A DNA stretch of 64,000 nt, taken from positions 32,001 through 96,000 of the forward strand of contig CAVSLC010000018.1 of assembly GCA_963728565.1 (NCBI GenBank), written 5' to 3'. Position 1 is the first letter of the stretch. The number at the start of each line of letters is the position of its first letter. Positions 40,580-50,821 of the stretch are shown piece by piece. The notes under the pieces were generated by a model that worked only from the letters and a program-made list of their open reading frames with translations, was not told the DNA's origin and made no database searches. The position numbers and the translations under genes were made by a program. This stretch comes from an uncultured delta proteobacterium (GTDB lineage: Bacteria; Desulfobacterota; Binatia; UBA9968).

Positions 40580-41587
40580 CTACTTCATCGAATCCGCAAC
40601 TTTCTCAGCGAAGCTGAAGTCAAAGACACGCTCCGGTAGGACCGGATCTTTGGGTTTGACCCGTTGCGCCGCGGTGGCGATCATGTCGCGCTGCAATTTA
40701 TCGTCGACCGCTCCCGACTGGAGATAGAACTGCAAAGCGGTGTCATAAACTCGATCGGCGTACTTGTCGCGTTCTTTTCCTAGGTCAAGAAACGGCCCCT
40801 TGATAAAGTCGACGGCGAATTTCTTATCATTGCGGATCAAGCGCAAGGCCTTCTGTGTTGCGCGAATGACTCTCGTGACAACCTCCGGGCGTTCGCTGAT
40901 GACCGTCTTTGTAGTGGTCAGACCGCCTTGAACGGCCCGGTAAACATCGGCGCCCGAAGCGATCTTCCGATAGCCTTCTTCTTGAGCGATGAGATTCTGA
41001 GGCACTTGCAGCATGGTCGCATCGATGGTGCCGGCCTTTAGGGCGACGTACGTGACATCGCTCGTGCCCAGTGGGAGCATGGTGACCTGGTCCAGCGGGA
41101 TCTTGTTTGCCAGCAGAATCTGCCGGGCAAGGATTTCCGTGAGCGAGCCGGGCGCGGAAATGCCGAGTTTCTTGCCGCGCATCTGCTGCAGGTTGGTGAT
41201 GTTCGACTGCGCGATCATATCGAAGGAGGGCTTGTCTGTCAGAGCGAACACCACCCGCACATCGGCTCCATTTACCGCGGCGCTGATGGCGGTGCCGGTT
41301 GCGGTGCCAAAATCGACGCCGCCGGCAAGCATTGCCTGCACCGTCTGGATCGCCTTCATGAAGATAAACTCCACGTCCAAACCCTCCTCGCGGAAAAAAC
41401 CGCGATCGCGGGCGATGACATAGGGCATATCCAAGATGCTGCGCGAAACGTAAGCGATGCGAACCGGCGTGAGTTTGCCGGTTTTTTCAGCACACCATGC
41501 GAATTCGGTTGCGCCCAGGAGAAGTGTCGATAGCACCAGAAGCCGGAGAGCCGTCGGGATCATCTTGATCATGAAAACCACCTCCAA
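40580..41587 (-). CDS. NMT1/THI5-like substrate-binding protein
   Basis: PYVIARDRGFFREEGLDVE, RGKKLGIS, VFDFSF. Confidence 0.88.
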   Translation of the reverse strand: MEVVFMIKMIPTALRLLVLSTLLLGATEFAWCAEKTGKLTPVRIAYVSRSILDMPYVIARDRGFFREEGLDVEFIFMKAIQTVQAMLAGGVDFGTATGTAISAAVNGADVRVVFALTDKPSFDMIAQSNITNLQQMRGKKLGISAPGSLTEILARQILLANKIPLDQVTMLPLGTSDVTYVALKAGTIDATMLQVPQNLIAQEEGYRKIASGADVYRAVQGGLTTTKTVISERPEVVTRVIRATQKALRLIRNDKKFAVDFIKGPFLDLGKERDKYADRVYDTALQFYLQSGAVDDKLQRDMIATAAQRVKPKDPVLPERVFDFSFAEKVADSMK

Positions 41588-41630
41588 ACCGCTATCGACG
41601 TATTGACCCTTCAGCTAGTGTCCTCGAAAT

Positions 41631-41756
41631 GCAGGCTGCAAAAAAGGCCTCAGAGACAAGGCGCGCGAAGTTCGATGAGCTGAGGCGTACACTTCAGTAC
41701 GTTGAAGCGAATCGGGCGAGCGCAACGAAGTATATGAGGCCTTTTTTGCAGCCTGC
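41631..41756. mobile_element. 126-bp MITE with perfect 22-bp terminal inverted repeats
   Basis: GCAGGCTGCAAAAAAGGCCTCA ... TGAGGCCTTTTTTGCAGCCTGC; non-coding and intergenic. Confidence 0.8.
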
Positions 41757-41765
41757 TCGCGTGTC

Positions 41766-42440
41766 TCATGCATACGCGTCGTAGATGCCTTCGAATTTTG
41801 CCAGTTTGAAACGGACCATGTTACGCGCCGCGGCGCGGACCATCTCTTTGTCCCGGTCAGTGTTGGCATTGCGGGCGATGCTTTCGGAAGCCATGGCGGT
41901 GTGCTCTTGATCGACTTTGCTATGGACGATGAAGAATGTTCGGGCGCGGCTATCAAAACCGTAGTGCTTCTCCAAGTAGGTGTCGAATTCGCCGGAATAG
42001 CGGCAAACCATGGTTTCATTCACCAGCGCGCCGGCGCGGCTTTCGGCTTGGGTTCCTAAAAACATGCCCCGAATCACCGCCGCGGTGTGCGCCACGCATT
42101 CAAAGATCAACAGCTCTCTGTCAAAATCTTCATCGGTCAATCCAATGGCCAAACCGAACCGTTTCATCAAGCCCGGATGCGACTGCTCTTCGGTAAACAG
42201 CTCCTGAAATTGGTTGTAGAGCGGCGGGTTATTGGCGTTTCTCACCATGCAGAACGCCAGGCCCTTATTGATCGCGTGATTGCAATGATAGTGCTGTAGC
42301 GCGAAGCCTTTGAGCCGCTTCTGCGATAACTTGCCTTGCCTTAACTCGGTGAAGAAACGGTTATTGAGTAGCTGATCGACGCCTGGCTCAACGATTTCTT
42401 GGATAATAGAATCGACAAATTGGTTTTCCATGATCACCAT
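41766..42440 (-). CDS. Heme-oxygenase-like fold protein (TenA/PqqC/CADD-like iron-containing redox enzyme)
   Basis: FFTELRQGKL..FALQHY, EEQSH, FFIVHSKVDQEH. Confidence 0.8.
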   Translation of the reverse strand: MVIMENQFVDSIIQEIVEPGVDQLLNNRFFTELRQGKLSQKRLKGFALQHYHCNHAINKGLAFCMVRNANNPPLYNQFQELFTEEQSHPGLMKRFGLAIGLTDEDFDRELLIFECVAHTAAVIRGMFLGTQAESRAGALVNETMVCRYSGEFDTYLEKHYGFDSRARTFFIVHSKVDQEHTAMASESIARNANTDRDKEMVRAAARNMVRFKLAKFEGIYDAYA

Positions 42441-42533
42441 CCTGAAGGAAAAGAATCATCGGCAGCCGAACACTCTCAAAGCAATCATAAAGTGTCAAGC
42501 GACTCAACGGGTGCGGCTGAGAGGGAAGTTCGG

Positions 42534-43250
42534 TCAAATTCCTAGATGCTGCTGCAGCAGTTCCGGCCGATTGCGTAATTCGCTGCCGGCGCCTTCAAAA
42601 ACAACCCGGCCTTTGACCAGGATAATGTTCCGATCGGTGAGAGCCGAAACGGCGCCGAAGTTTTTGTCAACGATGATGGCAGCGATCCCACTTTCGCGAA
42701 CAGTGCGGATGATGCGCCAAATTTCCTGGGCAATCAGGGGCGCGAGGCCTTCAGTGGCCTCATCGAGCACCAGCAATGTTGGATTGGTCATCAGGGCGCG
42801 GCCAATGCAAAGCATTTGTTGCTCGCCGCCGGAAAGCTGTTGTCCACCCTGTGACAAGCGCTCGCCTAGCCGGGGAAAAGTTTGCAGCACCCGCTCGTAG
42901 GTCCAGTCACACTGCCCATTCGGTCCGGGTCGCGCCATCATGAGCAGATTTTCGCGAACCGAGAGATTCGGGAAAATGCCGCGTCCCTCGGGAACGTAAG
43001 CGATGCCTTGGCGCGCGATCAGGTAGGGCGGCGCCTGAGTCATGACACGGCCGTTGATCTTAATCGCGCCATGGCGTGGCGCGATCTGACCAACCAGAGT
43101 GCGAATCAGCGTGGTCTTGCCCATGCCATTGCGTCCCATGAGACCAATGGCTTCGCCGCGGCGCACTATCAAGTTAATGCCGTGAAGAATATGGCTGGCG
43201 CCGTAATAGGTGTGCAGGCCTTCGGCCTCGATGATCGGGCAAGCCGTCAT
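42534..43250 (-). CDS. livF: HAAT ABC transporter ATPase
   Basis: GRNGMGKT, LSGGEQQML, LMTNP. Confidence 0.92.
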   Translation of the reverse strand: MTACPIIEAEGLHTYYGASHILHGINLIVRRGEAIGLMGRNGMGKTTLIRTLVGQIAPRHGAIKINGRVMTQAPPYLIARQGIAYVPEGRGIFPNLSVRENLLMMARPGPNGQCDWTYERVLQTFPRLGERLSQGGQQLSGGEQQMLCIGRALMTNPTLLVLDEATEGLAPLIAQEIWRIIRTVRESGIAAIIVDKNFGAVSALTDRNIILVKGRVVFEGAGSELRNRPELLQQHLGI

Positions 43251-44005
43251 GAGTGTTCGTTGAACTTACCCAAGTACGCGCGTTGGACTTGCTCATCGGC
43301 CCGAACTTCATCCGGCTTGCCGGAAGCGAGAACCCTGCCGTCGACCATAACCGTGAGCACCCGAGCCAGTTGAAAGACCGCATCCATGTCGTGTTCCACC
43401 AAAAGAATAGCGTGCGTCTGCGCCATGCGACCGATCAGCTCGACCATTTTCGAAGACTCTTCGATACCGAGACCCGCCAACGGTTCGTCCAGCAGCAATA
43501 GTTTGGGCTGGGTGGCCAGCGACATGGCGATTTCGAGCTGGCGCTGCTCGCCATGACTGAGAGTGAAGGCTAGGGTCTCAGCGCGATTTGCCAGGCCGAC
43601 ATCTGCGAGCGTGGATCGGGCCGTGGCTACGATCACATCGTAGGAGCCTGCCTCGCGCAGCCAGTTCCATGGACGTGGATCGCGCGCCTGCGCTGCCAAG
43701 CGGCAGTTCTCCAGCGCGCTAAAGGCGGCAAAAATGTTTACCTTCTGATAGCTTCTGCCTATCCCTAAACGCGAGCGGCGCTCCGGTGAAAGATGCGCCA
43801 CTTCCTCGCCGCCGAAGCGAATGCTGCCGGCGCTGGGCGATAGATCGCCCGACAGCATGTTAATCAGTGTGGTTTTACCGGCGCCGTTAGGTCCGATAAC
43901 CGCGTGCAGTTCGCCGACATTGACGTCCAGTGAAACCTCGTCGACCGCTGCAAGGCCGCCGAATGTTTTGGCTAATCGGCGCACCTGCAGAATCGGCTCA
44001 ATCAT
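43247..44005 (-). CDS. livG: HAAT ABC transporter ATPase
   Basis: FGGLAAV, GPNGAGKT, VEHDM, VQRAYLG. Confidence 0.92.
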   Translation of the reverse strand: MIEPILQVRRLAKTFGGLAAVDEVSLDVNVGELHAVIGPNGAGKTTLINMLSGDLSPSAGSIRFGGEEVAHLSPERRSRLGIGRSYQKVNIFAAFSALENCRLAAQARDPRPWNWLREAGSYDVIVATARSTLADVGLANRAETLAFTLSHGEQRQLEIAMSLATQPKLLLLDEPLAGLGIEESSKMVELIGRMAQTHAILLVEHDMDAVFQLARVLTVMVDGRVLASGKPDEVRADEQVQRAYLGKFNEHS

Positions 44006-45005
44006 CGAGGGCCTCTTCCACCCGCGCCGGCTTAGTTGAGCGGATGCGCGACGACAGATCGAGAATCCCGGCCAGCCCGTGCGGGAAAGCCAGGACGATT
44101 AACACGATCAAGCTTCCCATCGCCAGCTGCCAGTGTTTGGCGTACGAACCAAGCAGCAACGGCGTCGACAGAATTTCTTGCAGCAAGGTATACGCCAACG
44201 CGCCGAGCACCGCGCCGTGAAGTTTGCCCAAGCCGCCCAGGATCACCATCATCAACACGCCGGCCGAATGATGCCAGGCGAGAATCTCGGGATTGACGAA
44301 ACCAAACTGGCACGCCGCGAGATAACCGGCGACTCCCGCAATCGCGCCGCCGAGCACGAAAGCGCCGAGCTTGTAGCTCGATACCGGATAGCCGATAGAG
44401 CGCATTCGGTGCTCGTTGGCTTTGATGCCCGCGAGGGCGCGCCCGAACGGAGCATGAAGCACTTTACTCAACAAAGCATAAACACCCACCATGATCAGAA
44501 GCACGAAGTAATAAAATTGCACCGGGCTTTCCAGATCGAAAGCTCGGATGCCGGCTACTGCCAGTTCCGGCCGCACGTATATGTAAATCCCGTCAGAGCC
44601 GCCGCCCAGATTGGTGTCGTGAAAAATAGAATAGAGCATTTGCGCGAAGGCAAGCGTCACCATGATGAAATAGACACCGGTGGTTCGCACCACAAGAAAA
44701 CCGATCACCAGCGCCGCCAGAGCGGTGATTCCAACCGCCACAGGCAAGGTCAACCAGAGATTGGCTGCTTGATATTGGGGTGAAATCAATGCCAGCACAT
44801 ATGCCGCCAACCCGAAATAAGCTGCGTGTCCCAGGCTCACCAGACCGGTATGGCCGACGAGAAAATCCAGGCTCAAGGCAAAGATCGCCATGATCATGAT
44901 CTTAGCGCCGAGCTGAACGTAGAATGTCGAGCCCACTAGCGGGACAATGGCGATCGCCGCGGCGGCGATGAGCAAGACCGATCGCGGCAGAGTGATAGGG
45001 CTCAT
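43998..45005 (-). CDS. livM: HAAT ABC permease
   Basis: GHTGLVSLGHAAYFG, YFIMVTLAFAQ, VILGGLG. Confidence 0.9.
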   Translation of the reverse strand: MSPITLPRSVLLIAAAAIAIVPLVGSTFYVQLGAKIMIMAIFALSLDFLVGHTGLVSLGHAAYFGLAAYVLALISPQYQAANLWLTLPVAVGITALAALVIGFLVVRTTGVYFIMVTLAFAQMLYSIFHDTNLGGGSDGIYIYVRPELAVAGIRAFDLESPVQFYYFVLLIMVGVYALLSKVLHAPFGRALAGIKANEHRMRSIGYPVSSYKLGAFVLGGAIAGVAGYLAACQFGFVNPEILAWHHSAGVLMMVILGGLGKLHGAVLGALAYTLLQEILSTPLLLGSYAKHWQLAMGSLIVLIVLAFPHGLAGILDLSSRIRSTKPARVEEALDD

Positions 45006-45009
45006 CGCC

Positions 45010-45870
45010 TCAAGCTCTACCGGCGATTCCTTGGGGCCGCCATAACAGAATCGTCGCCATCAGCAAATAAACTGCGAATGCGGAATATTCCGGCGCCATT
45101 ACTTTGCCGAGGGTATCGGCCAGGCCAATCGCCAAAGCGGCGATCATTGCGCCGTTGATCGAACCGATGCCGCCGATGATCACGACTACGAAACAAATGA
45201 TCACGATGTGATTGCCCATGCCGGGAGACACCGAGGCAATCGGCGCCGAGATCGTTCCGGCAAAACCGGCGAGCGCGACGCCAAATGCGAAGACCAACGC
45301 AAACAGCAGCGCAATGTTGACCCCGAGCGAAGCGGCCATTTCGCGATTGCTGGTGGCGGCCCGAATCATCATGCCGATGCGGGTCTTATGGATGATGAAG
45401 TACATGGTAAGAGCAATGGTGATGCAAACGGCCGTGACGAACAAGCGGTAAACCGGATAGGAGAGAGTCTCCGTGAGAGGAATCGAAAAATCGAGCAGCG
45501 GCGGCACCGGAACGCCATGCACGTCGTCGCCGAACAGAATACTGCGCAGTTCTTCAAACACCAGGATCAAGCCGAACGTGAGCAATACCTGATAGAGGTG
45601 GTCCCGCTTGTACAGCCGGCTGAAGATGGTTGTCTCAAGCAGCAGACCAATCGAAAAAGCGATGATAATACTGAGCGGAATGGCCAACCAGAGACTGCCC
45701 GTCGTCCTAGCCAGCCAATAAGCCAGATAGGCACCGATCATATAAAAGCTGCCGTGGGCTAGATTGATGACACCCATAATCCCAAAGATCAGGGTCAAAC
45801 CGCTCGCAAGTAAAAACAATAGCAGACCGTACTGGATGCCGTTTAGAAGTTGGATCAAATAAAACATCAT
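45010..45870 (-). CDS. livH: HAAT ABC permease (start uncertain; ORF extends through the repeat element to 45999)
   Basis: QLLNGIQYG, GLTLIFGIMGVINLAHG, WRPQG. Confidence 0.9.
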   Translation of the reverse strand: MMFYLIQLLNGIQYGLLLFLLASGLTLIFGIMGVINLAHGSFYMIGAYLAYWLARTTGSLWLAIPLSIIIAFSIGLLLETTIFSRLYKRDHLYQVLLTFGLILVFEELRSILFGDDVHGVPVPPLLDFSIPLTETLSYPVYRLFVTAVCITIALTMYFIIHKTRIGMMIRAATSNREMAASLGVNIALLFALVFAFGVALAGFAGTISAPIASVSPGMGNHIVIICFVVVIIGGIGSINGAMIAALAIGLADTLGKVMAPEYSAFAVYLLMATILLWRPQGIAGRA

Positions 45871-45876
45871 CAAGAT

Positions 45877-46014
45877 GTTCAAACGTTCAAGCAGTTCAAA
45901 ACGTTCAAGAGGCGCCGCCCAAGTTCGTGTCCGTGCTTTATCCAAAAGTTTTGTGTATCGCTTTGCGATTCCGATTACGGCTTGAACGGCTTGAACCATT
46001 TGAACGTTTTGAAC
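45877..46014. repeat. MITE-like element: 4x GTTCAA cluster, ~73-bp spacer, inverted 4x TTGAAC cluster
   Basis: GTTCAA at 45877/45885/45894/45903; TTGAAC at 45982/45991/46000/46009. Confidence 0.8.
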
Positions 46015-46043
46015 TCCGCCACAGCCGGAGACCGGTGGCGCTC

Positions 46044-47234
46044 TTACATCTTACATCCCCGCGCCGGATCGGCGAGCGCTTTATGGGCGATGCTAACCAT
46101 TTTGTTTTCGCGACCGACTACTCTGCGCAAGTAGATGTCTTGTACAGGATTGTGTGCTTTCGACATCGTCCAGGGTCCGCGCGGGCTGTCGATCTTGGCT
46201 TTTTCCATAGCCGCGATCATTTCTTTCTTTTTGGTGACGTCGCCCTTCACTGCATCCAGTCCGATGTTGAGGAGAAGACCGGCGTCATAGCCTTGCACCG
46301 CGTAGACGTCGGGCTCGCTCTTGTATGCTTTGTTATATGCCGCGCGGAACTCGCGATCGCGCTTGGTGTTCAGGCCATCGGCATAGTGGAGCGTGGTTTC
46401 CAGGCCTTCGGCGGCTTTATCCACGGCATCGAGCACGCCGTCGGTCAGAAAGCCCGAACCGAAGAGCGGGATCTGCCTGCGCAGCCCGGCCGCGTTATAG
46501 TCTTTGATGAACTTTGCCGCGCCGGCGCCGGCAAAAAATACGAACACCGCGTCCGGTTTGATCGAAGCGATTTCGGTGAGCAATGCTTGAAATTCCACAT
46601 TGGGAAACGGAATCCAAAGTCCACGAACCGATTTGCCGCCGGCTTTGATAAAGCCTTCATTAAATCCGGCCACGGCTTCCTGTCCAGCGCCGTATTTCCA
46701 AGCCAGAGTCACAATATTGTTCATGCCGCGGTCGGCAAGCACTTTGCCCATCGGATAGGACGGCTGCCAATTGGAAAACGAAGTTCGAAAGATATTCGGC
46801 GCGCACAGCGCTCCTGTAGCGGCGTCGAGGCCGGCATTGGGAATGATCATTAAGGTATTGCTTTCTTTCGCAACTTTGACCATGCCCATCTGCACGCCGC
46901 TATGAACTGTGCCGACCAGCACGTCGACCTTGTCGCGCTGCACCAGCCTATTGGCGTTCTCCGGCGCTTTAGCCGGTTCGGATTCATCATCGACGGAAAA
47001 GTATTCCAGTTCGCGGCCGGCGAGTTTGCCGCCGCGCTCCGCCACCGCGAGTTTGAAGCCGTTGGTTATGGCGGTGCCCAGTTGGGCGTAAGTGCCGGTG
47101 TAAGGGAGCATGAGGCCAATGCGTAGCTTCGAGGTCTGTGCGAGTGCCGGCGGATTCGGCAGCAATGCGCTTGCCGTGAGCAGGCCAGCTTTGACAAGAA
47201 ATTGCCGGCGGCTCGAGTTTAGATCGATGTTCAT
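46044..47234 (-). CDS. HAAT substrate-binding protein, aromatic-acid (benzoate) type, Tat signal
   Basis: SRRQFL; LPYTGTYA, GTVHSGV, FRTSF, HNPVQDIYLR; adjacent to the CoA ligase. Confidence 0.88.
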   Translation of the reverse strand: MNIDLNSSRRQFLVKAGLLTASALLPNPPALAQTSKLRIGLMLPYTGTYAQLGTAITNGFKLAVAERGGKLAGRELEYFSVDDESEPAKAPENANRLVQRDKVDVLVGTVHSGVQMGMVKVAKESNTLMIIPNAGLDAATGALCAPNIFRTSFSNWQPSYPMGKVLADRGMNNIVTLAWKYGAGQEAVAGFNEGFIKAGGKSVRGLWIPFPNVEFQALLTEIASIKPDAVFVFFAGAGAAKFIKDYNAAGLRRQIPLFGSGFLTDGVLDAVDKAAEGLETTLHYADGLNTKRDREFRAAYNKAYKSEPDVYAVQGYDAGLLLNIGLDAVKGDVTKKKEMIAAMEKAKIDSPRGPWTMSKAHNPVQDIYLRRVVGRENKMVSIAHKALADPARGCKM

Positions 47235-47271
47235 GATTGCCTCCGTGGAGTCCTAAAAGGTTCAGCGCGGG

Positions 47272-48851
47272 TCATGGCCCTAGTGGTTCTCGCAGTTTGA
47301 ACCGTTGGATTTTGCCGGTAGCGGTTTTTGGCAGCTCGGGCACGAACTCGATCCAGCGGGGATAATTATGCGGCGCCAGATGCGTTTTTACGTGTTGCTG
47401 CAGTTCAACGGTAAGCTCCGTGGTCGGCAATATCTCAGCACGGAGTACCACGAATGCTTTGGGTTTGATCAGCCCGTTACCGTCCTCGTGGCCAACCACA
47501 GCGGCTTCCAGCACCGCTTCGTGCGAGACCAGCACTGCTTCGACCTCGAAAGGGGAGACCCAAATGCCGCTGACCTTGAGCATGTCGTCAGCACGACCAC
47601 AATAGGTAAAAAAACCGTCGTTCGCTTTCGATGTATTTATCGCCGCTCCTGGTCCACGCGCCGAGAAATGTGTTGCGGCTCTTCTCGCGATTGTTCCAGT
47701 AGTACGCGGCGCTGCTGGGGCCGCTGACCTGCAATTCGCCGATCTCACCTGTGGCCACCTTGTTGCCGTCCTCATCGAGCAGCCGCACCTCATAACCCGG
47801 AACCGGTTTACCGGAAGTCCCGTAGCGCACGTCGCCCGGTCTATTGGATAAAAAGATATGAAGCATTTCGGTGGAACCAAGGCCATCGAGAATGTCTACT
47901 CCGGTATGTTCGAGCCACTTCCGGCCGACGTTTGGCGGCAAGGCTTCGCCGGCCGACGTGCAACGTCGCAGGTTAAGCTCCGCGCGGTTGGGCAGCTCCG
48001 AACTCGCCAGAAGCGCGCCATAGAGAGTCGGCACGCCATAAAAGATTGTTGGCCGGTGCTGGCGCAGAATCCGGCAAACCGCAGCAGGTGTCGGCCGCTC
48101 TCCTAGCAAAACCGTGGTCGCGCCCACTGAAAGCGGAAAACTCAGCCCATTGCCAAGACCGTAAGCGAAAAACAATTTCGCCGCCGAGAATACAACATCG
48201 CTCTCCTCTATTCCCAGGATTGGTTTGGCGTAGAGCTCTGTGGTTGCAACCATACTGGTCTGAACGTGGACCGTGCCTTTCGGCGTACCTGTGGAGCCAG
48301 AAGAGTAAAGCCAAAAGCAGGCATCGTCGGGCCGGGTCGGCGCGACGGTAAACTCGTTCTTCGCGCGTGCCATCAACTCTGCAAGCCGCGGCTCGCCGGA
48401 AGCGCTCGGGCCGGAGACCACAACATGGCTCAGGAACGGCTGTCCTGCCAGTATCGGTTTGAATACCGGTAGTAATGACGTCCGATACCACCAGGATGCG
48501 AGCGCGGCTGTCGCGCAGCATGAAGTCGTAATCGCCGCTGGTTAACAGCGTGTTCACCGCGACTGGAACGAGGCCCGCCTTGATGGCGCCAAGAAACACG
48601 CTTGGGAAATCCATCGTATCGCTCAGACAGACCATGACACGCGACTCCAACGTCGCGCCCAGCTCACAAAGGGCATGGGCGCAGCGATTTACGCGCTCTG
48701 CGAGCTCGCTAAAGGTGTAACGGCCGTTGTCGTCGATGTAGGCGATTTTTTCAGGGCGCACAGCGAGGTTGCGTTCAATCAAGTCGGCTGCGGCATTGTA
48801 GTAATGCATGTGATGACGAGCCGATCCCGACCCATGTGAATTCTCAGCCAT
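47272..48851 (-). CDS. Benzoate-CoA ligase family protein; two frameshifts (~48480, ~47620)
   Basis: YNAAADL, FWLYSSGSTGTPKG, AAKLFFAYGLGN, GSTEMLHIF, GRADDMLKVSG, PKTATGKIQRF spread over three frames. Confidence 0.9.
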
Positions 48852-49106
48852 CGTCAGTTCCTCGCAATCCGGATTGTTCGGCTAACGCTCATAGCTTGCC
48901 AGCCATGGCTAGCATCATTTTTTACTATGGAAGGGCGGCAACCATCAAGACGGCTGTTGCCAGGTTGGAAATTCCCCGAATGTGGGCGCGCGACATCGCG
49001 CAATGATGAACAAAGATGCGCGATGACCTGCTCCGATAGCATGCCAATCAAACGTGCATGATCTTTGGGATCGCGCACTTCGTTCCTGAACGCGATTAAT
49101 GGTTCT

Positions 49107-49814
49107 CTACCCGATCAAATGCCGGCTAAAAAATTCCATGGCTTTGGGCCATGCCAAAGCCGCTGCGTGAGGCCGGTAGTTGGCGGAACCGGCGTTGGCA
49201 AAGGCGTGAGCGGCGCCGGCGTAGGTGTGAAACTCGTGCGGCTTATTCCAGCGTGTGAGTTCGGCTTCGAGCTTGCGCATGTCGTCGGGTGATGGGTTCT
49301 GATCATCCGCGCCGAAGTGTCCTTGAATCGGACAGCTGATTTCGCGGGTGCGATCAAATGGCGAGGGACCCTCGCCCAACGGCGTCATCGTGCTGCTGCC
49401 GTAAAACATCACAGCGGCTTTGAGCTCGCGAGTCGCCGCCGACATCAGATAAACGATTCGTCCGCCCATGCAAAAACCGACAATGCCTAAGCGCGCGCCG
49501 TCGACCTGGCGGTGGTTCTTCAAAAACTGCAGCGCGCCGGTAATATCCGCGATGATATTGGGATCGCGCACTCTCGATTTTTTGGTCATGTTATCGTCTT
49601 TGCAATCCGGACCATCGCGATGGTACAGGTCCGGCGCAATCGCGGCATAACCCTGTAGCGCCAGCATGTGCGTCGTTTCTTTGATGAAATTTTCCAATCC
49701 CGACTGTCCGTGGACGACGACGATGCCGGGCACCGGGCCGCCCCGTTCCGGCACGCTAAGATAGAGCGGCATTGTGCTGTTCTCGACGGTAGTACTTTCC
49801 CATAAGCTGGTCAT
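49107..49814 (-). CDS. Dienelactone hydrolase family protein
   Basis: GFCMGG, GADD, AAHAF. Confidence 0.92.
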   Translation of the reverse strand: MTSLWESTTVENSTMPLYLSVPERGGPVPGIVVVHGQSGLENFIKETTHMLALQGYAAIAPDLYHRDGPDCKDDNMTKKSRVRDPNIIADITGALQFLKNHRQVDGARLGIVGFCMGGRIVYLMSAATRELKAAVMFYGSSTMTPLGEGPSPFDRTREISCPIQGHFGADDQNPSPDDMRKLEAELTRWNKPHEFHTYAGAAHAFANAGSANYRPHAAALAWPKAMEFFSRHLIG

Positions 49815-49999
49815 GGCTCACCTCCGCTGTTCGTGGCAATCAAAGCCCGATGTGGCGATTATCTGGTTGTTGATTGTCGTCGAGTAAGCGCTTTCCTCCA
49901 TAGTGCAGCGCTCCATACCTGTCAAGCCAGATTGTCAATCCTTGCGGAGTGCTGCGCCTGTAAGTTAGAATCGAACACTTTCTAAGAGGGAGATTAATA

Positions 50000-50383
50000 A
50001 TGGACTTTGTCAACCTGGGCGAAAAACAATCCGAAGCGTGCGAAAACAAGAAGAGAAAGATCGACCTTTTCGGAGCCGATAATTTCCGCTCCTGGATGCT
50101 CTACTTCGTTCCGGGAGACGGAACGGACATGCATTATCATGCCAGCCCCGAGACTTTTCTCGTGCTCGAAGGATCGGGCACGGTCAAGGGCATCAAAGGC
50201 GACGAACGACCAGTGAAGAAACACGACGTGCTGTTTCTTGGCGCAAAGGATTATTACCAGATTACAAACACTGGAACCGAGCCTCTGGTGCTGTTTGGCA
50301 ATCGCTCTGAAGCGTTCGGCGGCGCGCACATTCTTGCCGACGGCAAGGATAGAAACCAAGCCGAACATCGGTCGAGCGACTAG
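50000..50383 (+). CDS. Cupin domain protein
   Basis: MHYH..PETFLVLEG, ITNTG. Confidence 0.85.
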   Translation: MDFVNLGEKQSEACENKKRKIDLFGADNFRSWMLYFVPGDGTDMHYHASPETFLVLEGSGTVKGIKGDERPVKKHDVLFLGAKDYYQITNTGTEPLVLFGNRSEAFGGAHILADGKDRNQAEHRSSD

Positions 50384-50464
50384 TTTCGCGCGACCTAGGC
50401 TCAATTGACAAGCCCGGTGTCGGTGATTACTTTAGCTTTTAACTATCGCGATTGAGGAATCAGC

Positions 50465-50788
50465 ATGCCCATCTATGAATATGAGTGTCAGAAATGTGGA
50501 ACTTTTGAAATGACGCAGAGAATTACCGACGAACCATTATCCAAGTGTCCGACCTGTAAGGGAAAGGTGAAGAAGTTGATCTCAAACACATCGTTTCAGC
50601 TCAAGGGCACGGGCTGGTACATCACCGATTACGCGCGCAAGGGTAAAGATGCCCCTAAGACCGAGAACGGCGCAAGTTCGTCATCTTCAGAATCCAAAAA
50701 CGAGAGCAAGGAAACGAAAACCGAGACCAAGAAAGAGTCTGCTCCAGCTAAATCCGAGTCTTCGTCAACTTCCACGACTAGCACCTGA
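50465..50788 (+). CDS. FmdB family zinc-ribbon protein
   Basis: [12 protein letters not shown]...CPTC...[13 protein letters not shown] and a Ser-rich tail. Confidence 0.93.
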   Translation: MPIYEYECQKCGTFEMTQRITDEPLSKCPTCKGKVKKLISNTSFQLKGTGWYITDYARKGKDAPKTENGASSSSSESKNESKETKTETKKESAPAKSESSSTSTTST

Positions 50789-50821
50789 CGCTACGATTCG
50801 CTCGATCGAGTAAGTTTCACC

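Noticed and set aside
45877-46014. CRISPR array
   Set aside because: Units are 6-9 bp without unique spacers; no cas genes
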